Source: Alphaproteobacteria bacterium | Lineage (GTDB): Bacteria; Pseudomonadota; Alphaproteobacteria; Rs-D84 | Direction of reading: 5' to 3' | Assembly (NCBI GenBank): GCA_015062495.1 | Contig: SUUN01000001.1 | Location: 97,069 to 161,068 of the forward strand | Length of the DNA stretch: 64,000 nt | Part shown: in pieces, positions 37,566 through 46,680 of the stretch | Layout: each line of letters begins with the position of its first letter | How positions within the stretch are numbered: the stretch's first letter is position 1 | Program-made: the position numbers and the translations under genes | The notes under the pieces: model-generated | The model's input: the letters and a program-made list of their open reading frames with translations, nothing else | The model's database searches: none | What the model was told of the DNA's origin: nothing

Positions 37566-38485
37566 TTTGGAAATGCCGCTATTATTCTATCTATTAACTG
37601 TTGACGTGCTGGGTCGACTGTGTCAGATCCATCAGACGAGCCGGGTGTGCCAGTGCCAGAGTCTTTTTTTTTACAACGTTCGTCGTCGGGATGTTTTTTA
37701 CAGTATTCATCCAAACTCAGATTGTTATAATCGCGTATTCGTGCCAGTTTTTCTTGGCGGCGCAGGTATGCCTCTATATTTTCAACTTCGATTTCTTTGT
37801 ATGCGCGGGCGTCTTTGAACGGTGCATAGCCGGCCGCCGCGTTTTCCATGCGTTCGGTAAATGATAAATCTGCATATGTCGTTGGAAATTCGGTTGTGCG
37901 AACCAATTTTGGTTGTTTTACACCGTTGGCCGCCTGTAAATCTTTTAATTCCTGTTTCCGGTCCAGAATTTCCATTTGCCATTCTTGTAATTTAGGGCTG
38001 AGTGGGTTTTGCATTTCAAACTTTGAACCGTCGCCCATTGTGCCCATGCCCGTTGTTGTTGGGAATGCAGCACCCGCCGATGGGGCGGCAATGGCATTTG
38101 TTTTCAAGTATTGTTCAAACGCGGTGTCAATGTATCCACCACAGGAAGATGCATAATTGCCATTTGGCATTTGGGATAACTGCAACATGATTGATGGACG
38201 AATGTCGGACAATTGCGTTGTTATGCATTTGTTGCGGTTTGCACATTCCGCCGCCACCAGGTATGATACCACATTTTGACAGTCGGACGTTTCAACAGAC
38301 GGGCCGGTTGCATAGACCGCAGTTGGAAAACGCTGATTATATGGGCCATTGGGATTCCAAAATGGGTTTGATGAATAATCCTGGACGTTTTGAATAACGC
38401 CATATTTGCTCATTACCGTGTTGGCATGGGCAAATGACGCAAAAAGCGCAGAAAATATAATAAATAAGTTGAACTTCATTCTCAT
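37562..38485 (-). CDS. Secreted hypothetical protein; shares an N-terminal-region module with the GH108 protein
   Basis: Signal peptide MRMKFNLFIIFSALFASFAHA; segment AAAGYAPF...AY....E..EAYLRR...YC.KHPDDERC parallels AAAGYQPF...AY...E..E.YMLR...YCAKYPLDATRC in the 33352 protein. Confidence 0.5.
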   Translation of the reverse strand: MRMKFNLFIIFSALFASFAHANTVMSKYGVIQNVQDYSSNPFWNPNGPYNQRFPTAVYATGPSVETSDCQNVVSYLVAAECANRNKCITTQLSDIRPSIMLQLSQMPNGNYASSCGGYIDTAFEQYLKTNAIAAPSAGAAFPTTTGMGTMGDGSKFEMQNPLSPKLQEWQMEILDRKQELKDLQAANGVKQPKLVRTTEFPTTYADLSFTERMENAAAGYAPFKDARAYKEIEVENIEAYLRRQEKLARIRDYNNLSLDEYCKKHPDDERCKKKDSGTGTPGSSDGSDTVDPARQQLIDRIIAAFPK

Positions 38486-38507
38486 ATCCGGGTCCCTGTT
38501 GTGGTAA

Positions 38508-38978
38508 TTATAGCAAAAATAGGTTTGCGATTAAAGACAAAATTCCACCAAGTAAAAAGAATGGTGCAAATGGGATGAATTTCTGGTTCTTGGCGCGTGC
38601 CCATATTGCGCCGGTTATGCATGCAATAATCAGTGCCAGTGCCAGGCCATTTGTCCCCAGCCATAATCCCCCCACCCCAATCAGTTTTATGTCGCCCATG
38701 CCAATTGGTGGTGTTGCGTCGGGGGTGCGGCGATGAATAAAATAATCAAATGCAAATCCGATAATCGCAGACATTGCGTATCCAAATGTTGCCCCAATTA
38801 CTGCATTGCGCATGTCAATTGGAAATCCAAAAAATGTAATTAATATCAGCCCAATCAGCATTAATGGGAAAAGATATGCGTCTGGGATTATGCGACGGCG
38901 AAAATCAGCAATGGAAATCAGTGTCGCACAGCCGATTGCGCCCACTAATAATAAAATGAAAAAGATGTAAAAAATCAT
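38508..38978 (-). CDS. A24-family prepilin peptidase (CpaA/TadV-like)
   Basis: Polytopic membrane protein with two catalytic-Asp motifs: ISIADFRRRIIPD and GMGDIKLIGVGGLWLG. Confidence 0.65.
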   Translation of the reverse strand: MIFYIFFILLLVGAIGCATLISIADFRRRIIPDAYLFPLMLIGLILITFFGFPIDMRNAVIGATFGYAMSAIIGFAFDYFIHRRTPDATPPIGMGDIKLIGVGGLWLGTNGLALALIIACITGAIWARAKNQKFIPFAPFFLLGGILSLIANLFLL

Positions 38979-39051
38979 GTTTTTCCCCCTTGCCTTTCGA
39001 ATCGGATGCGTGCTATAATTGTACTATAATGTATAACAAGGGTTTTGTAAA

Positions 39052-39600
39052 ATGAGTAAAGGTTGGGATAACGCAACGCTGAAAAAATTAAAGGCACTGA
39101 CCGGCAAGGGGTTGTCTACGTCCGAAATTGGCAAGCGTTTGGGTATGTCCAAAAATGCAATTGTGGGTAAGTTAAATCGCCTGGGGTGGAATGCCAAGGC
39201 GGGTGGTGCAACCGCTGGTGCTGAAAAAAAAGCAGAAGTAAAGAAAACTGTGGCCAAGCCCGCGGTTGTCAAAAAAACAACGGTAAAAAAATCAGAAGCG
39301 GCCAAGAAAACGGTTGCCAAGAAAGCGCCAGTCAAGGCAACAGCAAAAAAAACGACACCAAAAGTGGCCGAGGCAAAAACAGACACCAAGACAACTGCTA
39401 AAAATTTGGCTATGCATCAGCGTATTATTCAACATTCGTTGGAGATGGCAAATCTGAAACCGAACCAGTGTCGTTGGCCGATTGGTGATCCGGATTCAGA
39501 ACATTTTCATTTTTGTGGTGAAACTGTGTTCATAGGCAAACCGTATTGCTATGAGCATTGCAAGCAGGCGTATCAGTTTACACCGCCAAAGAAAAAATAA
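39052..39600 (+). CDS. gcrA: Cell-cycle transcriptional regulator GcrA
   Basis: N-terminal W...LKKL...GLS.SEI...LG.S.NAI.GK.NRLG; Lys/Ala-rich linker; C-terminal CRWPIGDP....FCG......PYC..H...AY. Confidence 0.9.
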   Translation: MSKGWDNATLKKLKALTGKGLSTSEIGKRLGMSKNAIVGKLNRLGWNAKAGGATAGAEKKAEVKKTVAKPAVVKKTTVKKSEAAKKTVAKKAPVKATAKKTTPKVAEAKTDTKTTAKNLAMHQRIIQHSLEMANLKPNQCRWPIGDPDSEHFHFCGETVFIGKPYCYEHCKQAYQFTPPKKK

Positions 39601-39625
39601 AGCGTACTTGGGGAAATAAAGCAAA

Positions 39626-41707
39626 ATGCCGAACGAGAGAGAAAATTTATATCAGCCACTGACATATGTTGACCTGGATATTGCGGGTAATGCGTTCCGG
39701 GCGTTCTATGATGTCGACAACAAATTGGTTATGGTGTTGGACTTTGTGGTTAATGATGTTAAACCAAATGTTTTGTTGGTGATAAATCCAGTTGGTAATC
39801 GCAAGTGGGACGATATCCTGATGAATGACTATGCGGTGGATTTAGAAACCATTCGTCCCAAGAAAGATAATAAATACCAAAAGTTGGATATAGAATATAC
39901 CGGGTTGTTGGAATACGATAACCTGATACGCGCATATAATGCAGGAAATGACCTGGCAAGTGCGTTGGCAGAATTGGAAGCGTTTCGCAATATGGCAGCG
40001 CGACGGGCGGCCCTGGAACGTTTGGGGGCGGCGGATATTGTCGCAGAACGTGCGCGCGAGACGATTGAAAAAACAAATGAAACAATCAGTGCTAATCAGG
40101 CGCGACTGAAAAGTTTGCGTGGCAAGTTGGCGGAACAGCGTCGAAATGTTGGGAAAGAGCCAACCAAACAATCTGCAGCCAAAATTTTAAGAACTGAGTC
40201 ACAGATTGATGCAGCAAGCGATAAAGTTGCACGTGCAAAAAAACGTTTGGTCAGTGCACAACACAGATTGGATGCAGCAACAGTGGATGCGGATATGGCG
40301 CGTGCAATTTTGGCGCGTTTGGACGACGATGGAATTGTGGAACATACTGTGCCGACCACGCCAATGCCAACAGATGTGGTCAGTTTTGAACAGCCGTCTG
40401 TTCCAATGGCGACGACGCCACAGTTTACCGAAATTACACCATTCCAAGAACCGGAATTTGATGAACCAAAGGCAGAAGATATGGCAGATGATGAAGTAAA
40501 GCCGTTGTTTGATAAAGATCCAGAAATTCTGGATGATGAAATTGCGTTTAAACCGATTGACTTTGATTTGCCAAGCGGGGCGGTTGCGCAGTCTGTTCCA
40601 GATGTGCCACGGTATGATGAGTCCGCGCCTGTGACGCCATTGAGTTTTGCGCCACCGGCCCAGTCGCAACCGGTTGAACCGATTGCTGCGCCAATGTTGG
40701 ACAGTTTGACGTCGGTTGATTTGCCGTCGGAACAGATTGATTCTGAGTTAATGGCGACGATTGCACCCGTAGCCGCGCCCCAGGAATTTGTTTCGCCTGT
40801 GGCAGATGTCGCGCCGGTTGTGGCGGATGTAAAACCTGTGGCGGATGTGTTGCCGTCGCAATCGCCCGTTGCCCCAATGCCAGAGGTTTCACCAGCCCCA
40901 ATCGATACAGGTATGCGGCCAGTGTCACCAATAACGGGTGTGGCTGCGGAAACGGCAACGCCGATCCGTCGCAAGCCAACGGTGCTGTATTATGTTATGC
41001 TGATTGTGCTGATTGTGTTGTCTGTGTTTACGTTGTGGCTGTATCAGAAATCGGCAAATGATACATTGCCGGAACTGGGGGCACAGACTAAACCGGTCGT
41101 TGAAGAAGCAGATAGACAGGATGTTCAACCAGAAAAAGATGTTGCGGTTGATGCGCCATCGCCGTTTATTGCACAGCAACAGGTTGAAATACAGGTCGCA
41201 GAACCCGTTGTGGTGCCAGAACCTGTGGTTGCAGAGCCGGTTGTGGTAGAGCCTGAGGTTGCCGATGTGGAATTAGAGCCTGTGCCCGTAACGCCGGCTG
41301 TGCCGGTTCAGATGGCGGACGAAGTTGTCCCGGCTGTGCCAGTAGAAGTAACGCCAGAGCCAATTGATGAAGTGCAAGAAGTTGTCGCAGAACCTGTGGT
41401 CACGCCGGTGGAGTCAGAGTCCCCGTTCTTGAGTGATGAAACGGTTGTCGCGACGCCACCAAAGCCAATCGTTGATATGGTTGTTGACAAGCCGGCTTAT
41501 AATGTATCACAAAATGAAAAGATGTTTGTGGCCGACCCGGAATACGAAACAGATGTTGTTGAACAAGAAGAAATAGAGACCTGTGCCAATGGGGATGTGC
41601 CAGATGCAGATGGATGTTGCGCGGGTGAAGAATTGGTGGATATGGAGGATGGTACGTTGATGTGCTGTGCCATCGGTACGGATGAATGTTTCCCGCCGAT
41701 GTTTTAA
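39626..41707 (+). CDS. Large low-complexity (Pro/Val/Glu-rich) membrane protein, hypothetical
   Basis: 693 aa; N-terminal globular region, coiled coil, single TM (VLYYVMLIVLIVLSVFTLWLY), PVVEP-type repeats, Cys-rich C-terminal tail. Confidence 0.5.
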   Translation: MPNERENLYQPLTYVDLDIAGNAFRAFYDVDNKLVMVLDFVVNDVKPNVLLVINPVGNRKWDDILMNDYAVDLETIRPKKDNKYQKLDIEYTGLLEYDNLIRAYNAGNDLASALAELEAFRNMAARRAALERLGAADIVAERARETIEKTNETISANQARLKSLRGKLAEQRRNVGKEPTKQSAAKILRTESQIDAASDKVARAKKRLVSAQHRLDAATVDADMARAILARLDDDGIVEHTVPTTPMPTDVVSFEQPSVPMATTPQFTEITPFQEPEFDEPKAEDMADDEVKPLFDKDPEILDDEIAFKPIDFDLPSGAVAQSVPDVPRYDESAPVTPLSFAPPAQSQPVEPIAAPMLDSLTSVDLPSEQIDSELMATIAPVAAPQEFVSPVADVAPVVADVKPVADVLPSQSPVAPMPEVSPAPIDTGMRPVSPITGVAAETATPIRRKPTVLYYVMLIVLIVLSVFTLWLYQKSANDTLPELGAQTKPVVEEADRQDVQPEKDVAVDAPSPFIAQQQVEIQVAEPVVVPEPVVAEPVVVEPEVADVELEPVPVTPAVPVQMADEVVPAVPVEVTPEPIDEVQEVVAEPVVTPVESESPFLSDETVVATPPKPIVDMVVDKPAYNVSQNEKMFVADPEYETDVVEQEEIETCANGDVPDADGCCAGEELVDMEDGTLMCCAIGTDECFPPMF

Positions 41708-41711
41708 AAAT

Positions 41712-41745
41712 AAAAATCCCGCATTGTTGCGGGATTTCTTTTATC
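41712..41745. terminator. Bidirectional terminator
   Basis: AAATCCCGCA-ttgt-TGCGGGATTT with flanking A/T runs. Confidence 0.7.
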
Positions 41746-42265
41746 GACCAAATGTGCGTGATTTGATTAAAAAAGGATTTTGTAATGGCACTGGTCGGTA
41801 ATCAGTCATTTCTACGCACGCATTTATGCAATGTGAATGTTCTGGAAAATCATAACCCATAATGTGGATGTGACCATGGATGTTTGCAATCGGTGGCATG
41901 TTGCCAAATTCTGGTAATGGTTCGTGGGATAGCATTATATAATTTTCAGCATCATAAATCGGGTGTTCGTACACGCGATTAAAACCGCAAGACAGCCACC
42001 ACGTGGCCGAATGTCCGCGGTCGTGATTGCCCATTATCAGGTATTTGCGCCCATGTAAATGGCGCAACAGATTTGATACTTTGGCCTTGGTCGCGCCATA
42101 CATTATGTCGCCCAGCCAATAACAAATATCTTGTTTGCCAATGGTTGCGTTATAGTTTTTTATTAATGTGGCATTCATTTCGGCAACTGATTTAAATGGA
42201 CGGTTGCCGTTCTTGATAATAGATTCTGAATCAAAGTGCGGGTCGGAAAATACAAATTTAGCCAT
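41741..42265 (-). CDS. Calcineurin-like metallophosphoesterase
   Basis: MAKFVFSDPHFD (D.H motif), GD...G, GNHDR, ..GH.H; 174 aa. Confidence 0.8.
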   Translation of the reverse strand: MAKFVFSDPHFDSESIIKNGNRPFKSVAEMNATLIKNYNATIGKQDICYWLGDIMYGATKAKVSNLLRHLHGRKYLIMGNHDRGHSATWWLSCGFNRVYEHPIYDAENYIMLSHEPLPEFGNMPPIANIHGHIHIMGYDFPEHSHCINACVEMTDYRPVPLQNPFLIKSRTFGR

Positions 42266-42281
42266 TGTGTGTCCCCCTGGG

Positions 42282-43199
42282 TTAAAGTGATTTAAAATCT
42301 TGGTTCAGGTTTTGCAAAATCTGGACGATTGTGTTCCATGATGTTTGCGGTTCGGTAAACGTGCCAGACATTGCATAATAATCGTCGGACAGTTTGTATA
42401 GGGTTTTGTCATCTGGGATTATTATTGCGTCGCGCGCGGCGGTCAGATCGATTTTCTTGGTCGTGTGGCGCGTTTGGTATTCAATGGTATCAATTAATAA
42501 ATCGTGTGTTTTGTCCAGATCAACAAAGGGTGTCAGCATTGCCACATCATAGTAATGGCGTGAATACGATTTGTCGCAGTGCGGTTTTGTTGTGTTGGCA
42601 TTGGAATGCAGTGCAAATACTTTGTCCCAAAATGTTTGTTCGTATGATATGGTTGGGATTGCCCCAAACGGTCTGTCAATCGAATATGGTAACAGTGCGC
42701 GACATGTTATACATGATGGTCGATAGTGTCGGGGCATAACCTCGATACACAGGTGTCCCGGGCCAAATTCGGATTGGTACAGCATGTGTAATGCAGGTGA
42801 AGAAGCGACGCGTTCGCTGTTTTCTGGTGATGGCCAATCGTGATCTGTGATAATTTCAAAACGGCCATCAGCGTTTATAATTTGTGCAATCTTTTCGCGT
42901 AATTCACCAAATGTAAAACGTTTGAAGCGCTTTTTGAAATTCCCCAGTTGCTTTTGTGTGTGGTCGCGGGGAATGTCGGTAAAGTTAATAAGCCCCAGGT
43001 CAATATCGCGACCAATGCGCCCACCAATGCTGTATGATTTTGACAGGGTTGCACCGCCGGTAAAGATAAAGTTTTCAAATATATAATCGTCGCGAAACAG
43101 TGCGTCCAATACAACACATTCCAGATAGTCTTGTTCAGCCAATCTGGGGTTTTTGGTTTTATTAATGGCGCGACGGACCGTCGATGTTATTTCTTTCAT
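42282..43199 (-). CDS. AbiEii/DUF1814-family nucleotidyltransferase (type IV TA toxin-like), no cognate AbiEi seen
   Basis: FIFTGGATLSKSY...IGRDIDL matches the AbiEii GGTAL...R.SEDID signature; start set at MKEITS (track start 43220). Confidence 0.65.
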   Translation of the reverse strand: MKEITSTVRRAINKTKNPRLAEQDYLECVVLDALFRDDYIFENFIFTGGATLSKSYSIGGRIGRDIDLGLINFTDIPRDHTQKQLGNFKKRFKRFTFGELREKIAQIINADGRFEIITDHDWPSPENSERVASSPALHMLYQSEFGPGHLCIEVMPRHYRPSCITCRALLPYSIDRPFGAIPTISYEQTFWDKVFALHSNANTTKPHCDKSYSRHYYDVAMLTPFVDLDKTHDLLIDTIEYQTRHTTKKIDLTAARDAIIIPDDKTLYKLSDDYYAMSGTFTEPQTSWNTIVQILQNLNQDFKSL

Positions 43200-43290
43200 G
43201 GCATAAATTATAATACACAAAGCGCGTTTGTCAATAAAATGTAATGTTTAATAAATTGACTTTGTGTGGTGGCTGGGGTATGATGTGTGT

Positions 43291-43638
43291 ATGAGAAAAA
43301 TAATTTGGTCTTTGGTGTTGTTGTGCGCCCTGCCCGGCGTGGCGATGGCGTATGTTAATCGTGATGTGGCGGTATTGCGCGTTATGAACAAAGATGCCGG
43401 CAAAGTTCAAGAAATAAAAATTCCTGTTGGGGACGAAGTACAGTTTGAAAAATTGTATATTAATGTGCGTGCGTGTAAACAGACTGACCCGTTCGAAGCC
43501 GAAGATTTCTGGGGGTTTATAGAGATTGCCGAAGCCAACAAAGGACAATTTTTTAGTAATTGGATGAGTCGTAATGAGCCAGGACAAAATCCGTTGCAAC
43601 ATGCAGATTATGATGTATGGATGGTTAAGTGCGAGTAA
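43291..43638 (+). CDS. Conserved secreted small protein (DUF2155-like), hypothetical
   Basis: Signal peptide MRKIIWSLVLLCALPGVAMA; RVMNKDAGKV motif; family assignment is from memory and uncertain. Confidence 0.45.
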   Translation: MRKIIWSLVLLCALPGVAMAYVNRDVAVLRVMNKDAGKVQEIKIPVGDEVQFEKLYINVRACKQTDPFEAEDFWGFIEIAEANKGQFFSNWMSRNEPGQNPLQHADYDVWMVKCE

Positions 43639-43647
43639 GGTTCTGAT

Positions 43648-44040
43648 ATGAAACTGAAAAATATGACGGGGTTTATGCTGGGGAATCCATCTAATGTGTA
43701 CAGTGTTGGCAGTGCGTGGGCCGATGTAGATTCGCGTGTGTGGGTGTGTGCTACATTGGATAAAGCAAAACGGGTTTTGCGGGAATCACAACAAAATACA
43801 ATTGGTATGGGATGCGTATGGACAACGATATATCAGGTGTCTGCACATGATATAGTATGCGAAAAAACACATGATGGATTGTTGTATACAAACACACCAA
43901 CAAAAATCTGTGTGGATCGGATTGTTTTCCACAAAGATGTGCGCCAGATAACAGATGCGGATTTGCTGGTTAATGCGCGCAGGCAACACGGTCAATTCGC
44001 CAGATTAATGCTTAGTTTACAACAGGGGGATGTAAGATGA
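43648..44040 (+). CDS. Hypothetical protein
   Basis: 130-aa ORF, no motifs recognised. Confidence 0.4.
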   Translation: MKLKNMTGFMLGNPSNVYSVGSAWADVDSRVWVCATLDKAKRVLRESQQNTIGMGCVWTTIYQVSAHDIVCEKTHDGLLYTNTPTKICVDRIVFHKDVRQITDADLLVNARRQHGQFARLMLSLQQGDVR

Positions 44041-44342
44041 ACTTTATAAAAAAATACTTTAAACTTTTTATTGGGGTTGGGGTTTTGATTTTGGTGCTGG
44101 TTGTATTTTTCTTTGCCCAGCGCAGCGGAACATTGGAATCAGGAACATTGAAAGATTGGCGCGCTGCGTCGGTGGAACGCCGTGTGTCGGCGGCACAGAT
44201 TTTGACCGGTGCGGACAAAGATGTAGATCTGTTGGTGGCGTGTGTGGATAAAATGGCGACTTTGCCCGACAGTGGCGAGATGGCAATTCGTGATGCTGCA
44301 TCACTGTGTCATACGGGTATTCAATTAAAAGATAACTTGTAA
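44037..44342 (+). CDS. Membrane-anchored hypothetical protein
   Basis: N-terminal TM (LFIGVGVLILVLVVFFFA); overlapping stop/start with the upstream ORF. Confidence 0.4.
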   Translation: MNFIKKYFKLFIGVGVLILVLVVFFFAQRSGTLESGTLKDWRAASVERRVSAAQILTGADKDVDLLVACVDKMATLPDSGEMAIRDAASLCHTGIQLKDNL

Positions 44343-44343
44343 T

Positions 44344-45033
44344 ATGTGGCGTAGTGTTTTTGCGATTTTGATTCTGGCCGGGTGTGTTGGTGATTATGCC
44401 GAATACCCCGGCCAGTCTTATTTAGGGGCACGATATGAAAATTCCCCGCTGGGTGAATGTGCCCCACCCGATCCAGATCCTGTGATACGGTTTGATGCGT
44501 TTGATTGTACTACGTTTGTGGAAACTGTGTTGGCCGGTGGGTGCGAGTGTTGCCTGAATCAAATTCGATACAAAGATGGGGAAATTGGATTTCTGACGCG
44601 TAATCATTTTATTGAATCTGATTGGCTGAATGCTAATTCAGATTTGGTGCGAAATGTAAGTGGTGAATATGCGCCGACCGCCATTCGACGTGTTGTGATT
44701 GATAAAGCAAATTGGTTTCGGGCTGTGCATGGGCTAAATATTGATGTCGCGCCGGTTGTGGTTGATTTGGAGTATGTGCCATATCAATATGTGGGCGATA
44801 TAAAAATACAAGAACCTGTGATTGTGCTGTTTGTTACTGACAACCCAAAATTTCGTGATACAATAGGTACTGATTTGGCCGTTGTGCATATGGGTTTTTG
44901 GTTGCCAAATGGAAAACTGCGCCATGCGTCAAGTAATCAGGGCAAAGTTGTGGATGTTGATATGGCAGAATATGTCGCAGGGCGAATGAAGAATAAACAA
45001 AATCTGGGGATTGCATTGGTTGAAATAAAATGA
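44344..45033 (+). CDS. DUF1460-like lipoprotein (NlpC/P60-superfamily fold suspected)
   Basis: Lipobox ILAGC; FDCTTFVETVLA resembles the DUF1460 conserved Cys motif. Confidence 0.45.
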   Translation: MWRSVFAILILAGCVGDYAEYPGQSYLGARYENSPLGECAPPDPDPVIRFDAFDCTTFVETVLAGGCECCLNQIRYKDGEIGFLTRNHFIESDWLNANSDLVRNVSGEYAPTAIRRVVIDKANWFRAVHGLNIDVAPVVVDLEYVPYQYVGDIKIQEPVIVLFVTDNPKFRDTIGTDLAVVHMGFWLPNGKLRHASSNQGKVVDVDMAEYVAGRMKNKQNLGIALVEIK

Positions 45034-46154
45034 AGAATGAAGAAAAAGTAATTTGTATGGATATGGGAACGCTGGGGGATGCGGGGCGCGGCGATGGGGC
45101 TGTGCTGTGTCTGGGGATTGAATCATCGTGTGATGAAACGTCGGCGGCATTGGTGGACAGTAATCGTAATGTGTTGGCGCATATTATTTATTCGCAAATC
45201 CCAGAACATCAGAAATATGGTGGTGTTGTGCCAGAATTGGCGGCACGCGCCCATATTTTGGCAATTGATGCGGTGATAAAACAGACGCTGGACAAGGCAG
45301 GCAAGACGATTGACGATGTTGATGTTGTGGCGGCGACGGCGGGACCGGGTTTGATTGGCGGTGTTTTGGTCGGCTGGATGGCGGCGACGGGGATTGCACA
45401 GTCAACAGCTAAACCATTGGTTGCGGTTAATCACCTGGAGGGACATGCATTAGTTCCACGTTTGTGCGCAACACGTGCGGATGGTGCGGGCGCAGAAATG
45501 TCGGTTGAGTTCCCGTATTTGTTAATGTTGGCGTCGGGTGGACATTGTCAGATTTTATTGGTGCGTGGTGTTGGACAATACGAATTGATTGGTCAGACCC
45601 TGGATGACAGTGCGGGCGAAGCATATGACAAGGTTGCCAAGATGTTGGGACTGGGGTATCCAGGTGGACCGATTGTGGATATGCGTGCACAAAGCGGAAA
45701 TCCGCGCGCGTTTGATTTTCCACGGCCGCTGTGTGACAAGCCGGGGTGTGATTTTTCGTTCAGTGGTATTAAAACCGCAGCGCGTACTTTTTTAGGTCGG
45801 GCGGAATTGCCGTTGACGGATGCGTATATAAATGATTTTTGCGCATCGTTCCAGGCATCGGTTGTAGACTGTATAGTAAATCGTTTGAATAATGCGTTGC
45901 GTGATACACGTGTGCGTGACGCCGCGCCAAAGACACTGGTTGTGGCGGGCGGTGTTGCGAAAAACAGCGCAATTCGTGCGGCAATGGAAAAATTAGCGCG
46001 TAAAAATAATATGGTGTTCGCTGCGCCACCGATGAACCTGTGTACGGATAATGGTGCGATGATTGCGTGGGCGGGACTGGAAAATTATCGTGTTGGGCGC
46101 ATTGTGCGTGAACCGATTGCACCACGTCCACGGTGGCCGTTGACTGAATTGTAA
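45030..46154 (+). CDS. tsaD: tRNA N6-adenosine threonylcarbamoyltransferase TsaD
   Basis: LGIESSCDETSAAL, metal-binding H..GH, GG...N family motifs; ATGA overlap with the upstream gene. Confidence 0.9.
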   Translation: MKNEEKVICMDMGTLGDAGRGDGAVLCLGIESSCDETSAALVDSNRNVLAHIIYSQIPEHQKYGGVVPELAARAHILAIDAVIKQTLDKAGKTIDDVDVVAATAGPGLIGGVLVGWMAATGIAQSTAKPLVAVNHLEGHALVPRLCATRADGAGAEMSVEFPYLLMLASGGHCQILLVRGVGQYELIGQTLDDSAGEAYDKVAKMLGLGYPGGPIVDMRAQSGNPRAFDFPRPLCDKPGCDFSFSGIKTAARTFLGRAELPLTDAYINDFCASFQASVVDCIVNRLNNALRDTRVRDAAPKTLVVAGGVAKNSAIRAAMEKLARKNNMVFAAPPMNLCTDNGAMIAWAGLENYRVGRIVREPIAPRPRWPLTEL

Positions 46155-46183
46155 TTTTTGTTGTTTTGTGGTATAATAGGACT

Positions 46184-46675
46184 ATGGAAAACTACAAGAA
46201 ATCTTATGATGCGGCGACACGCAAATTGTTAAGCCAGGCGGCGGATATCGATCGGATGTGTTTGCAACATTTTGATGCGCAATATACCCTGTATGATATA
46301 ACATATGTATTGCGCAATTTGTACGCAGATGAAAAATTCCGTCGTAAATTTGTGGGGCAAAATATCTTTCGCGGCTTTGTGCCATGGACCAAGGGATTTT
46401 GTGCGCTGTCCAGCATTTGTATATATGAGTTGTATGGTGGTTCGGATGTTTGGGTGCCGTCTGCAATTAAATTAGGGGCGTGGGAACATGCGCCGGTTGT
46501 GTATCTGCAGAATAAGTTTACAGATACGCCATTTGATACAACTGGGGATCAGTTTGCGCCATTGGTTGTGCCGTATCATGTGGGCGAACCGATTAATAAG
46601 CGTGTTCGCGATATGAAGACGCCGAATAAGGCGGAATTTATTAAACGTGTAAAACAAGAATTGGATAGACGGTAA
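46184..46675 (+). CDS. Hypothetical protein
   Basis: ORF with start at MENYKK; no motifs recognised. Confidence 0.4.
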   Translation: MENYKKSYDAATRKLLSQAADIDRMCLQHFDAQYTLYDITYVLRNLYADEKFRRKFVGQNIFRGFVPWTKGFCALSSICIYELYGGSDVWVPSAIKLGAWEHAPVVYLQNKFTDTPFDTTGDQFAPLVVPYHVGEPINKRVRDMKTPNKAEFIKRVKQELDRR

Positions 46676-46680
46676 AAACT

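Noticed and set aside
38508-38978. Looked for Flp/type IVb pilin substrates near the A24 peptidase gene
   Set aside because: None of the adjacent ORFs has a G/(A/S)TAIEYGL-type prepilin leader; all have ordinary SPase I signal peptides. The peptidase substrate is therefore not identifiable in this window.
43231-43602. Minus-strand 123-aa ORF considered as the missing AbiEi antitoxin
   Set aside because: Low-complexity, no wHTH features, and fully overlaps the plus-strand secreted-protein gene 43291..43638, which has a clean signal peptide.
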